A DNA stretch of 64,000 bases, from the NCBI GenBank assembly GCA_045837725.1, contig JBEWZL010000308.1, positions 1-64,000 of the forward strand. Reading direction: 5' to 3'. Position 1 is the first letter of the stretch. Each line of letters starts with the position of its first letter. The DNA comes from Vermamoeba vermiformis (lineage: Eukaryota). Positions 1 through 13,623 of this stretch are shown piece after piece. The notes beneath the pieces are model-generated. The model was not told where the DNA came from, ran no database searches, and was given only the letters and a program-made list of their open reading frames with translations. Made by a program: the position numbers and the translations under genes.

Positions 1-561
1 ATGAAAAGAAAATAGTGCACTGTGATGTCAAATACTCAAATGTAGTATTTGGTGAGGAAGGCACTTATCTCATTGACTTTGATCTGGCATTGGAGAATCC
101 AGGTAAGGCAGAGGCTTGGCTGAAAGTAATTTGAGATGAGCTAACAATATATTCATGAATAGGCAGGAATCAAGGAACTTTTGGTTATGGAGCACCAGAA
201 ACAAAACAGTGTGGAGAATTATCGTACAAAAGTGATATTTATTCATTTGGCGTCTTTTTATTTGAGCTGGCAAGAAGATGTGAACTTTACGACATGGATG
301 AACATCTCTACAATACTACTGACGAACGGACAATGGCTCGCAATATTCGAATTGCCATAAAAAAGTATGCACTTGCTATTAATTAAATTTATTCGTTTAA
401 CCTCTTTTGGTAGACTTGCCTTCAGATCGCCATGGCATGCAGAAATAGTGGCGTTGATTGAAAAGTGCATGAATGAGGATCCGAACTTGCGGCCCAGTGC
501 CAAAGAGCTCTTGGCTGAGCCATTCCTGGCCCTCAACAATCAGAAAGCCAGATTTCACTAA
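1..561 (+). CDS. 3' part of a Ser/Thr protein kinase (non-RD), truncated by the window start
   Basis: Spliced translation gives [41 protein letters not shown] and [16 protein letters not shown] (subdomains VIb-XI). GT-AG introns at about 103-162 and 365-413. Confidence 0.85.
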
Positions 562-695
562 GTTGAGCACCTTATATATAAATCCTATCATCCCTCAGCA
601 TGCACAATATTTTTGCGGATCGGATCGAAGTTTTAAAATAATAAAAGTCAGTCAATACTACATCTTTTTGGCTGTTCGATTGTATTAACATATTT

Positions 696-3600
696 TTACA
701 CGTGCATGTAAGCCTCATTAACTTTTTGTTCCAAAATTTCTCGCATCTGCGCGTTGATCTGTCTATCGGGACTCATCATCTCAAGCACGGTCTTGTACTC
801 GTCGTAGCTGAATAGTTTCGATATATCTCCTGCATTTTCAGTGATATGTGCAAGTACTTCCTATAAAACAAGCAATTTAGCCTCAGTTTATCAAAATTAA
901 TTTTCAGATGCGCCGCGACCGCCGTTACAAAATTATTCAAAATAAGGTAATATCGATTATAATACGCACCTCTTGTGATACATTAAGCAGTTCGTAGTAT
1001 TTTCTCGCTTTTTCGAATGGCTCTTCATCCGTAGAGATGATTATATTCGTCAAGTTTTGTTGCAATGCGAAGACGTTTCTGCACATCTTACGCACTCCCC
1101 ATTTGTTAATAGACTATAGTAGTATAATATATTAGTATACTATCAAAAATCTATCTTCAACAACGCAATAAAACCAAGCTTTTTTCGGATATACCAGAGT
1201 AATTAAATAAATGGTAGGATTCTACCATTTAAAATGCATATTTAGCGTACCTTGATTTTAGTTAAGCTATTAATAAGCACTGCACCCATCAGATAAGACA
1301 AGCTGGCAAGCAAGAATCGGATCTTGCTCTGACTCAAATAGACCACGAGTACTTCTTGGCAAGCCACCAAATCATCGTTCAATGAAATAACGAACGCATC
1401 GGGCTCACGTGACTCGGAGTCAAATGAGTAAGAAGTCTAAAATAAGAAAGTTTTAGTTCGGATGTGGTTTGTAACGGATTCAGTTGCAGACTAAAATGAA
1501 GGTTTTTTGATTTAAATAGCATAATATTATTGATAATATACTTACTGATTTGATTTTATCCAAGAAATAATAGCAGCGCAATCTGAATTCTTCGCGCAAA
1601 GTCAACAAGCACTTATCAGCGAGCAACTTGAAGTTTTGAACGAGATTGAGCATATTCTCCGTGATACGAGGCTGATCTGATAAGCGAGGAGACATTCTAG
1701 GAATAGAATTCTCAATTTCCTCCGCATCCAACGGGTTGTAACGGAAAAGTTGGAAGATGCGATCCGCGAACCAATTCTAGTAAATATTACGGTCAGTATT
1801 TTAGACGTCTAAAATATGCAATACTAGGTCAAAGTACGTACCAAGCTATTATGCATATTAGCAAGCAAGCCAATTCGAGAAACTTCCAAGATCCATTTTC
1901 GGTTGAATTGTAGCTGGTTCATCAAGTCCTTGGCATTAGTAGGCACGGTGAATATCTGATTGATGACTCCCATAACAATTTTCTGCTCGCTTTTGATGAA
2001 TTCTCGTTCAAAGTCTCGTTGCTCTCGCGTAAAGTCGTCCATGAACGTCTTTTCAACTTCAGCATTGATCATTTCCGTCAAAGAAGATGAATTGCCCTAT
2101 TAATATAACACGTTAATATACAACTAAAATATAATAATTATTTATCTTACCGAAAATCTATGCTCGCGGGGATAATTTTTCTTGCTGCTCGGATCCGAGT
2201 GCGTTGAACTACTAGGTCCACTGACATTGTTGATATTAACATTGTTGACGTTAACGCCTTCATATGACTCCTTTTCTTGCATAGAGAACTGCAGTTGCTG
2301 AAGTTGTTGCAAGCGAGCTTCTTTTTGGATCCGACGCCACCACGGACCTTCTTGCAATCGCGTAAAGATCTCAGGGTTACTATGATCATTAATATTAGAA
2401 TTTACTATGTGAGACTGAGTCCTATACTCATATTATAGTACCTAATAACTTTGCCAATATCAGCATCTTGTACTAATGAGCTGTACTTCTCTTGGCACGC
2501 GTCCAAATATTTGACCATAATGGCACTTTCCATAATGGTGCTGAACTCATCGCGATATTGCGGCATCGAAATCATATCTAAATACAACTCTTTGATGCAA
2601 TGGAAGATCTCGCGAGCGCTCTGTTAGAATGAGATCAGATCTCGATACGAAAAAACTTGCAATAAAACTCACGTTAAGAACTGGTCGTTGTTCATCGTTA
2701 GTGGAGTCACGAATGATCTTGTCCTTCGATTTGAACGCTTCAGTGCCTTCAGTCGAAATGACGGCACGCTTCTTGTAATCCAACTTAATGTGCTGCAAGA
2801 ACGTTGTGCTAATGAATTCGTCTAGCCATTCGCGGAGACCCACAGTGCTAAAAAAAAGAAGTTAGCTCGTTGGAACAGGAACCAGAAGAAGGCTTCACAA
2901 GAAAGGACAAAACAAAAAAATAAAAAGAAATACGCCCGCTGTGGGGCTCGAACCCACGACCACACGGTTAAGAGCCGTGCGCTCTACCGACTGAGCTAAG
3001 CGGGCTGGCGTTGATTCGAAGCTCAACAAAATTTTCGCCGTGTCATTGTAGGCCGAACTCAGCAACACCAAAACGGCTTGTGCTCGAAGATGTGCACTAA
3101 CAACAATATTACGTTGCCTGTCTCGCAATACTTACGTTGAGAATATTAGGTCGGCTACTTGCTCATGGAAGTTGGTGATAAGCGGATAGATCGGCGTCAA
3201 ATTGTACGGGCTGGGAACTGCTCCAAAGAAAATGTCGCTGTCGTTGTAATTTGTCATGCCACTTTGTTCATAATGCTCGAAGTACGAGAAAGCAGCGGAC
3301 TTGTAGAATGAGAACAACTAAATAAAAAGACTCGATCAGTTTCAGTACACAAGCGAGATCCACAAAAGCGCGAACAAAAATGTGAATACTGCAAGAAGCA
3401 ATAGTACTCATTCTTGTTTTATGGCAACGAAATTTGAACTTGCACGAAAATGCTGAACTTTCGAGCGATATTTAATCTTGATCTGATAAATTTCCTTATT
3501 GAATGTATGCTAGCGAACGTACCTTGGGACCATTCTTTGGGACTTCTGGACTGGTGGCATCATTGTTGCCCGAATCTTTCATCTGAATCGTTTTGCTACT

Positions 3601-6600
3601 CGGTGCATCTCCAATGTACTTGCGGATCAAGATTTGAAGCTAGCAACAGAGTTAGTTCATTTCGGTTTAACAACGCTACCAACAACAACTATTTAATAGA
3701 ACAATCGAGAAGATTCTGATACTTCATGGATCGGACAGAAACTGAAATTAGGTATGACGTCACGCATTTTCTCGAAAGATTTGACAAGCGATAAGAACTG
3801 TGTATTTTTGATACGTCATATTTAGCCGAAAAGACTGTTAATACGATTATAGAACACGTCATAATAGCCCGATATTAATTTAAGAGATCGGAGACAACTC
3901 CGATCTAAAAATGAGTTTAGTGTTAAATTGAAATTAAGAAAAGGAGCGTGCTCTTAAATAATGCATGTTTGTGTAGGGAATTTACTAACCGCCGTCAAAA
4001 AATAGGAAATGTAAACGAAATTCATGTAGATCAGGAGAAAGAATTATGTTTTGTGTTTGCGTCGCGTGGCGTTCACAATTAAATAGGGAGATAATAAAGC
4101 TCGTCTGTCATCTTCAAATTTAATACGATTTGATTACTTTTTCAAAAACCAGAGTTAAATTGCTCTCCAGCGTGCAGATCAAGTGTTGTACTTTTGTTAA
4201 GTGCAATAATTAAGTCACGATTGGGAAATTCGCATGTACTTTTACGAAAAGTTGCACGTGCAATACTTAAACAATAATGACGTGGAATAAGGAGAATAGT
4301 TTTGCCCTGAATCCGCTCGCGAACTTTTCTCCTATTCCCAACCGCTTAATTAACAATTTCATGCCCTAATGTTGTAAATTACTCTAAACGGTGATTCAAC
4401 CGATGATAAATATAACTAAAAACACAATAAGAAATAACACAGTAAAAATTACTCAGGCGGCATACGTTATAAAGTATCAAAGTAATAAATAGCCCGCTCG
4501 CGAGCGGACGAATTTCTTTTTTGTCCTAGTTAACTGTGATTCCTCATATATATATTGCATTTCTTGTTTGCTTAGGAAGCCAAGTAACAAAAATATTTGT
4601 ACTCGATCCGGTAAACCAAAAATTTCTCAATCGCAAACATTTGAATGTACTAAATAAGTATATATACGTGGCTTACCTCTTTCAAAATCTCTTCCCAAAC
4701 AGCTTGAATATTATACGGAATTCTAAACGGTCCATTGCTGTTCATAATTAACTGCAACATGACTGGATTCGTTGTGGAACCCACTGAAATTCCACCTGGA
4801 CCACCGCGAGGAGTCGGCGGCGTGGCTGAAGAATTTGCACGCTTCTTAGTCTGCTGCGCGGCTTGTTGTTGCGCAAGGATTTGTTGTTGCGCGATATATT
4901 CTTGGAGCTGATCTTGAAACTGTTCTTCGAGCCGTGCAGCCACGATGGGTTGTTTTTCAGTTTTGATCTCAAACAACGCACAAGCCTCGCGATGATTGTA
5001 CAAGATCTGCTTGCACTTGTTGAACAACACGCGCAGTAACTTGACGAAATGGTTCTCTTCGAATGATTTTGACGAGGCTGTAGTTGATTGAGTGTTATCG
5101 ACTATGCCTGACACGAGCGTAGGTTTGTATTGCAATTTCTTGTTAGCAATCTCTTGTTCACTGAAAAAACCAAAAATTGTCAGACCTTTCATACCCCATA
5201 ATTCTCGAAGCGTTTTCGATGCACTATTAAGAAGTATATACACGTGACTTACTATTCTTTCTTAGCCTCGGCAACGGTCTTCTGAATAATGATATTGAGC
5301 TCCGGTCTGACACCTTCAAGCAAAGTCTCGACTGAAAATTTGACGCGATCCAACACGAATAGTGATTCGATGAGCTGATCAACCATTTCAATGAATCCTT
5401 TGCTCGGACCATCAATCCTTAACGAGCCTGCCTTGCCCGCGTCCGTATTGGTACTAGAGGCCATTGTCTTCCTGTAAAATAATCGTACCATTAGCACGTT
5501 GTACATGAAGCTTTGGTTGTAATCAAATGACGTACTTCAAAGCAGCTTTAGCGGCCATAGACTCATCTTCGTCCATTTCAACGTCATCTTCTTGCAAGTC
5601 CTTCATGTACAATAAAATATGCAGCTCTTTCAAAATGATCTCGTGGAAGGTCTGCGCACACGAGAAAGTCAGTTATAGGGCTCATAGTACTAATTATCAT
5701 GATGCCACATACCGTTCGTTTGTAAATAATATCGTCTTTCAATTGAGATAATGCACCAATGTCCTTCAAAATATCGAGGTGCAACAGTCGTTCGGCATCC
5801 ACGAGCAGCTTCGCTGCTTTCAAATATTCCGCGTTCGAAATATAAATCTGATACTTCTCGGGCACCTCTTTAACTTCTTTACTATAATAGGATAAAGATT
5901 AGTATACAAACCAAAATATACCACGAGCGAATGGACCGAGTCACAAACATTTAAAAATCATTTTGCCGAGACTCAACTCGTGTAATATGGATTATATACT
6001 CATGAATGAATACGTACATTATATCAAGTATTTGCAATGTGCAATCGTATTCTGTAATTTGATTGAACATGCCATTCAGACCCGCACTTCGAATGTTGAA
6101 CGCATTGCCAACTTTAGAGAAATTATCGTTCAATGTGTCTACTGTATGCTTCGACTCGTTGACGTTGCTTAGAATATTTGTATATGTTCGAATGGCTCTA
6201 TTGAAGCCTTCATAGAATTCTATATGACCAACAATTAGTACGTGTACACGGATCCAAATTCCATTTAAAATCAATCTAACACGTACCATTAACCAATACA
6301 TCCATTGACTCGTTCATTTCTTTGCATCTTTTATCAATTTCTCGCTGCTTGTCGCCAGCCTTTTCAGATTTCATCATTTCAATTACGATCTCGAGCGGAT
6401 TGAAGTTCTCTGCCATTCTATAGAACGAAGGTATTTTATCTAATTTTTCTTGAATTCTTTTGACCTCTCTTTTGAATTCAGGACTGACAGAATCTATTTC
6501 AAAAATTTAACCGTTAATATTAAATTGACAAAACTGTCTTCGTGCAAACAGCTTTTAAATGGTATATATATTATCTAATACATAAATATGATATAATTTA

Positions 6601-6817
6601 ATAATTAGCCTAAAGCCATCCGACGAAGATACCGATCTTTTTTTTTAATAAATTATTCAACATATTTTAGGCCTAAAATTGCTTCATTATCGTCCTGTGT
6701 ATATTCACCTTTAGTTTTGCTCGGCCTTTCTGATTTTTCTGAACGCTCTAGCTTGTCATCTGAATCTGACAAACGACGATCCTTCTTCTTCGGCTTAACG
6801 CCCCGTGGAGAATCCAT
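696..6817 (-). CDS. SEC8: Exocyst complex component 4 (Sec8), multi-exon
   Basis: ATG at 6817 and TAA at 696-698. Exons give FYEGFNRAIRTYTNIL, AEYLKAAKLL, DIGALSQLKDDI and LADKCLLTLREEFRLRCYYFL, which resemble the N- and C-terminal regions of Sec8/EXOC4. Confidence 0.8.
2933..3005 (-). tRNA. trnK-CTT: tRNA-Lys (anticodon CTT) inside a Sec8 intron
   Basis: Reverse complement GCCCGCTTAGCTCAGTCGGTAGAGCGCACGGCT-CTT-AACCGTGTGGTCGTGGGTTCGAGCCCCACAGCGGGCG is a 73-nt cloverleaf with A and B boxes, followed by a T-rich Pol III terminator. Confidence 0.97.
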
Positions 6818-6906
6818 TTCGTTATAATACTATATAGCTATATTTACAAATAAATAATAAGGTATGGTCTACAGAACAAAAGAGCGAGACGAAAGAAAAT
6901 TGCTAG

Positions 6907-6941
6907 CCAATCACGAACACGTCCAATGGGGGGACCCCAAT
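6907..6941. promoter_or_regulatory. Cluster of three CCAAT motifs upstream of Sec8
   Basis: CCAATCACG...CCAATGGGG...CCAATCGG lies about 90-125 nt upstream of the Sec8 ATG. Confidence 0.3.
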
Positions 6942-8152
6942 CGGCAGTTCAATCAATACCACCACAATTCTACCTCTTTTGAGCAATCGCATTTACGTCG
7001 ATAACGAAATTAAATGTGCCGACATAATAAACGTTAAAACCCTGATCGCTGCCAGCTAGTTTTGCGATTATTCGTATTCATGAACGACTGCCGTTCGATG
7101 GATTTAAATCATTCTTTATTTAAATCGCAGTATACATTGATGAAGATATTTTCGCTCGATAAGCAATTGTACTTAGATCCCATTCTATTAACGATAGACG
7201 CTCCCTAAAGCCATTCTACCAATGTAATTGCCGCCGTCTCATGCATGACCTTGCTCGGCACTTTCGGAGTGCCTTGACAGAGGAGTACGAGCGATCGTTC
7301 GCTCCTGAATCCCGAGATCCACGAGAAATCTATGCAGGCAACCTGGGGGAGAACATGTCATGAAAAGTATCTCCATCGATCAGTAAATGAATCGGCAAAG
7401 GTATATAGAACTGAATGGACCTTTAGAACGTCTGACATTTAGCAATTTACTGCGTGCCTATGACTTACTTGCGATCGTCGGTTTGGCTCTACCAAAGCAC
7501 GCAGAACGCTCATTTACTTGTACGCTGTATCAAGACGGCGAGTAGTATAGAAGGGTTATTAAGCGGTACCCCATAGTGATTGAGCATCGGTGAGAACACG
7601 TGCGGATCCAGCAGGTGTACAACGGTTTTGAAAGTTTTTCATTGTCCTTAGAATTGCCGTAAGAAATTGAATCAGCAATTGCTGGGCTTACCGTAGAGAA
7701 CTCGGGAAAGTTGTTGGTGTTAAATTCAAGGTTCTCCCTTACTCGAGATACAGACCCATCTTGGATTGCAGTACGGAAATTGCGTAAATTTTCGATTAAT
7801 TGGCTAAACGGTCGTTTGTAACATGCAGTGACACCACCATCGCTGAAAAAAATTGTCACGCAAAGGAAATTTCATGACACAACTTCCCCGATTTTTTTCC
7901 TCCCTGGGTTTCTTGGGAGGCAAAGATCACAAAACTTAATGAAATTTACTTGACTCAATTTTGAAGGCACCCAAAAACAGAACGCAGCGAACACAAACGC
8001 GGACAAAAAAAATAATCTTGCTGAAAAACGAATCATTTTGTTTACATTTGTAACAGTGCGCAACGACACGACTCGCAAAAGCGCAGTATATTTTTTTTCT
8101 ATTAGCAAAGCCACATCTCGGTCAATTAACCAAGAAATACTTAACCGAAGCA

Positions 8153-9907
<1,755 letters not shown>

Positions 9908-11020
9908 TGCCACTGTAAATAGCCCGTTTAACGCTCTATTTTCACCAGAAAATTGAAGAAGAGCGATATCAAAGCCGAGAGAACATTATGTAAAAACTCT
10001 TGGATTTGGATGCCTTCCAAGAAACCCACTCCCAACAACCCTTTCCTATACTACCGCCGCAATGAGCTATATGCGCGATGTTGATTAATTTAGCATCGTT
10101 CTGTAGCTCAAAGCAAGCTTTGTAAATGGAATTTTGTCGTTCTCGTCTTTTGCGACGAGCTCACTTGCCCGAACTTTTAATTATTTGTAAATAAACTCCA
10201 CCCTCGCTTTAAGATGCAATTAGTATACGCTTGCCTTCCTCTAAGAGTATTTGTGATCAAAGGCGAAATTGCCTTACTGGGATCATACCAGATCGCGTGA
10301 CTTTGGCGGGATCTGCGTCGATTACTTTCCGTAGCAAAAACGATTCGGTAGAGTCTTTGATCCCGATGAAGATCTTCTACAGGATCACAATGATGCGGGA
10401 TTGCCGTTAATGAAATTTTGTGCGATAAATCGATAATTTAGATCCAAATTTCTCAGTTGGATAAATTATTTACAGATTGGAACTGGTTGGAAAATTAGCT
10501 CTTTTGAATCGTGTATTGACTTTATTACTTTAAACAAGTCTTAATTTGAAGGAGGAAAATCAAAGTCGTTTTACTTAATCTACAAGTTTTTTAACTTTAC
10601 AAAGCAGCAGACCGCCAATCGCAGCGACGAGAGATCAACCATGGCAGCGAGAGTGATGGCGTCAGAAGTCTTGGCGGCAACAGGATCGGCCTGACGACTA
10701 GAGTCTCGCAGGCATTGAACTGCGTCTCTTTGATCAAACAGCTGTACCACAACTGATGCACGAATGGCCCTGCATCGCTCACCACCTTCCAATGACTGCG
10801 CTGGCACGAGTTCAATGGGTATCACACCAACAACGCGGTGAGTGAAGTCATTGGTTGAAATCATCTACGAATAAGTGTTAGAAAGTTTTCCGCAATGTAA
10901 AGTTGCATTCTATCATGTGTACGTACCTCTTGTAGTTGTGACTTTGACGGTGAAATAAGATGTCAGGCCACTCGGCAAAATGACGGTGTACATCCAGGGA
11001 AGATCCGTGTCCATTTTCTC

Positions 11021-12520
11021 TTATACGACTTCATCCTCGGGGTTAAATGCGAGATTAGTCTTAATATCTACATCTTGATAGCGCTGATAATCGGCGATTA
11101 ATGTTTCTAAGTTGTCAAACGCTTCTTTAAACTCCATTTGATCCATTCCTTCGCCGGTGTACCACATTAAAAAAGCTCTTCGTTTGTACATCGCGTTAAA
11201 TCTCTGCGAAGTGAACTTTAAATTATCAATTATAGCACTAGTATTCATTAGAGCTGTTCCAGACATGTTGAGATTGATCGGCGGTCTCGAACACAACGAC
11301 GTTTTGATGTTATCAGGGATCCATTCTATAAATGACGCTGAATGCTTGCTTTGCATTTGTGCAATCTGATCGTCTATTTCTCCGCTCGGAATATCTCCGC
11401 GGAAGATACAACTCGCTGCCAAGTGCTTGCCTGATCCATTTTTTGGCAGATTCTCGTGTAGCAGTAAGTTCTCGGGGCTAAACATTTGCGTAGTAATTTC
11501 CTTAAATGTCGTAATATCGGGCTTATTCTCTAGAATGTTGGCTGAGAGTGGAGATCTGGCAGGCACGTAAAAGTGAACGCGAGGGAACGGCGCCAGATTA
11601 AACGACAACTTGCGTAAATCTGATCGAGATTGCGTTCTAAATCGCATGCCACTAGTCACATCGCTTATAATATTCGCAAATAGCGTGTTTACGTGATGCG
11701 TCTGCGGATCCACTACGTTGTATTTCCAGGCAGTTGAATAAGCTGCATCATCGTCTAAATAGACCACCGAGTCTGCATGTTCGATCAAATAGTGCATAGT
11801 TAACACTTGATTATAGGGTGCCACGACTGCTTCTCCACCACGATTAGATCCAGTTGCCGAGTAAGTCCAAAGCATTCGATCTGGATAATCTTCGCGTAGT
11901 TTCATTAGGATTAATGAGCCTAGACCTGCTCCAGTGCCTCCAGCAATACCATGTACGAGTTGAAATCCATGAAGACAATCTGATCGTTCAACTTCGGCTC
12001 GGATTCGGTCCATGAGCAAATCCTCTGCCAATTCTGCGCCTTCTGTGTAGTGTCCTTTGCCCCAATTATTGTGAGCACCGTCAGTGCCTTTAATAAAGTT
12101 ATCTTCGCGATAGTAATGCTGTCTGTTCGCCTTGATGGAATCGAGTTCCGTTGGTTCTACCAAAAAAGAGTCAAATCTATGACACGCAAAAATTACCAGC
12201 GAGATTTGATAAAAATTTTATAAATTACGTTGCGTTATAGAAATTATGCAATACTATTTTAACGTCTTCCGTTAGATCAGGGTTTTTAAACTGAAATAAC
12301 TTTTTAACTTACCTAAATCCACGAGTAATGCACGAGGCACGTATTTATTTTCTTGCTCTTCGTGGAAAAATACACCAATATTTTCATTTAACGAAGCTGG
12401 AGCGTCGTCTTTAAGGACACCATTGGCATCCAAACAATGCTCGTTCTGTAATAGAGCCCAAAATTTGTCTCCAATACGATTTCCCGTTTGACCAAATTGC
12501 AAGTGAATTATATCGCCCAT
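11021..12520 (-). CDS. Divergent beta-tubulin, two exons (intron 12157-12312)
   Basis: GQTGNRIG, YVPRALLVDLEP (across the intron), NNWGKGHYTEGAEL, DLRKL, PFPRVHF, FIEWIPDNIK and RRAFLMWYTGEGMD. Confidence 0.92.
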
Positions 12521-12942
12521 AGTGAAGATGACAGGACCAAAGACTTCAAGATGTGACCAGCTGTATTAATTCTCTTCAAGAAAACTCAGGAGTGGAGTTA
12601 TAGCATCACCCTTTATACAAATAGAATAAATATTATGTTCTTTGTGTTCGTGTATTGTTCTCGAGATCAATTTTTTGTTAATTTTATTTTCTGGCGCCAT
12701 CTAGTTCTTAATCGATTCATGAAAAACTACGTCTGGTCGCAGTCATCTGTTTTACGTATCGTTCAACCTTATTGGAACCGTTGTCTCTAACACGCTTGTG
12801 TTATCCGCACTGAGCTGTTCTCGAAGGTTTGAGCGGGAATTGTTTTGTTATTTTTGTTCAGTCAAAAGGCAGCGCACAACAGCTGCTTGTATTATTTTAA
12901 AATATAACCTATTGTATTATATAATAAGTATCCCTTGCTCGC

Positions 12943-13406
12943 ATGAGTGCGAATAAGGTTATAAAAGATGGTATGTTTCGAAAACAAAAGACCCGAAGAC
13001 ATCTGATCAAATCATAATTCAACAATGGTCAATTATTAGTATTTTTGATAATATATGCAATATATAATACCCGAAAAATATTCTAATAATTATTGGTATT
13101 TTCTAGAAATCGAACATTGGTCGATCGAAGATGTCGGCCTTTGGATTTCAGAAGTATGCAAGAGAAATCAAGTTGCAGACTATAGGCATGCATTTATATC
13201 AAAAGGTGTTAATGGAGAGATGCTATTGAAGTTAACAGCAAAAGAGCTTGAGGAATTTTTGGAGATCAGAGCCCTGGCAGACGTAAAAGCCCTGGAAAAT
13301 AATATCAACGCGTTAAGGACTGCAGGTACGTTATAATTAATATGGACAATATAGGCAAACAATTATTAATATTATTTGAATATTTTTTGGCAAATTAGTG
13401 AAATAG
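12943..13406 (+). CDS. Small stand-alone SAM-domain protein (about 85 aa, 3 exons)
   Basis: MSANKVIKD|EIEHWSIEDVGLWI...YRHAFISKGVNGEMLLKLTAKELEEFLEIRALAD..|VK*. This fits the SAM pattern and the splice phases are consistent. Confidence 0.8.
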
Positions 13407-13623
13407 TTGTGAATGCGTTACTTTTCGCCAAATAGTCTTAAAATATTCTTCTTATTTAATTTCGCGATCAATGTTCGTTTTTACACGATAAATAATTCAT
13501 ATTATGCAAAATTTGCCTGGTTAAAGCCTATTTGTTGGCACATCCGAATTTTTCGTCATTTTAATAACTTGCTCCTTTGCAGTTCAATTAAGCGAACATC
13601 AACTTGGACGCAGTGACCATAAT

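Noticed and set aside
2895-3128. 77-aa ORF overlapping the tRNA
   Set aside because: It is intronic and runs through the tRNA gene, so it is spurious.
4176-4197. AGATCAAGTGTTGTA resembles the U2 snRNA branch-pairing region
   Set aside because: The match is short, has a mismatch in the GTAGTA core, and lacks flanking U2 stems or an Sm site.
7100-7860. Possible spliced gene between Sec8 and the CaMK gene (ORF 7530-7859 on the minus strand, with splice-like signals)
   Set aside because: I could not join the exons in a consistent phase or recognise a domain. It may be a pseudogene or non-coding transcript.
10580-11015. GC-richer, exon-like sequence with an apparent intron downstream of the tubulin stop
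   Set aside because: The upstream ATG frame hits a stop right after the splice and no domain is recognisable. Left unresolved as UTR or a gene remnant.
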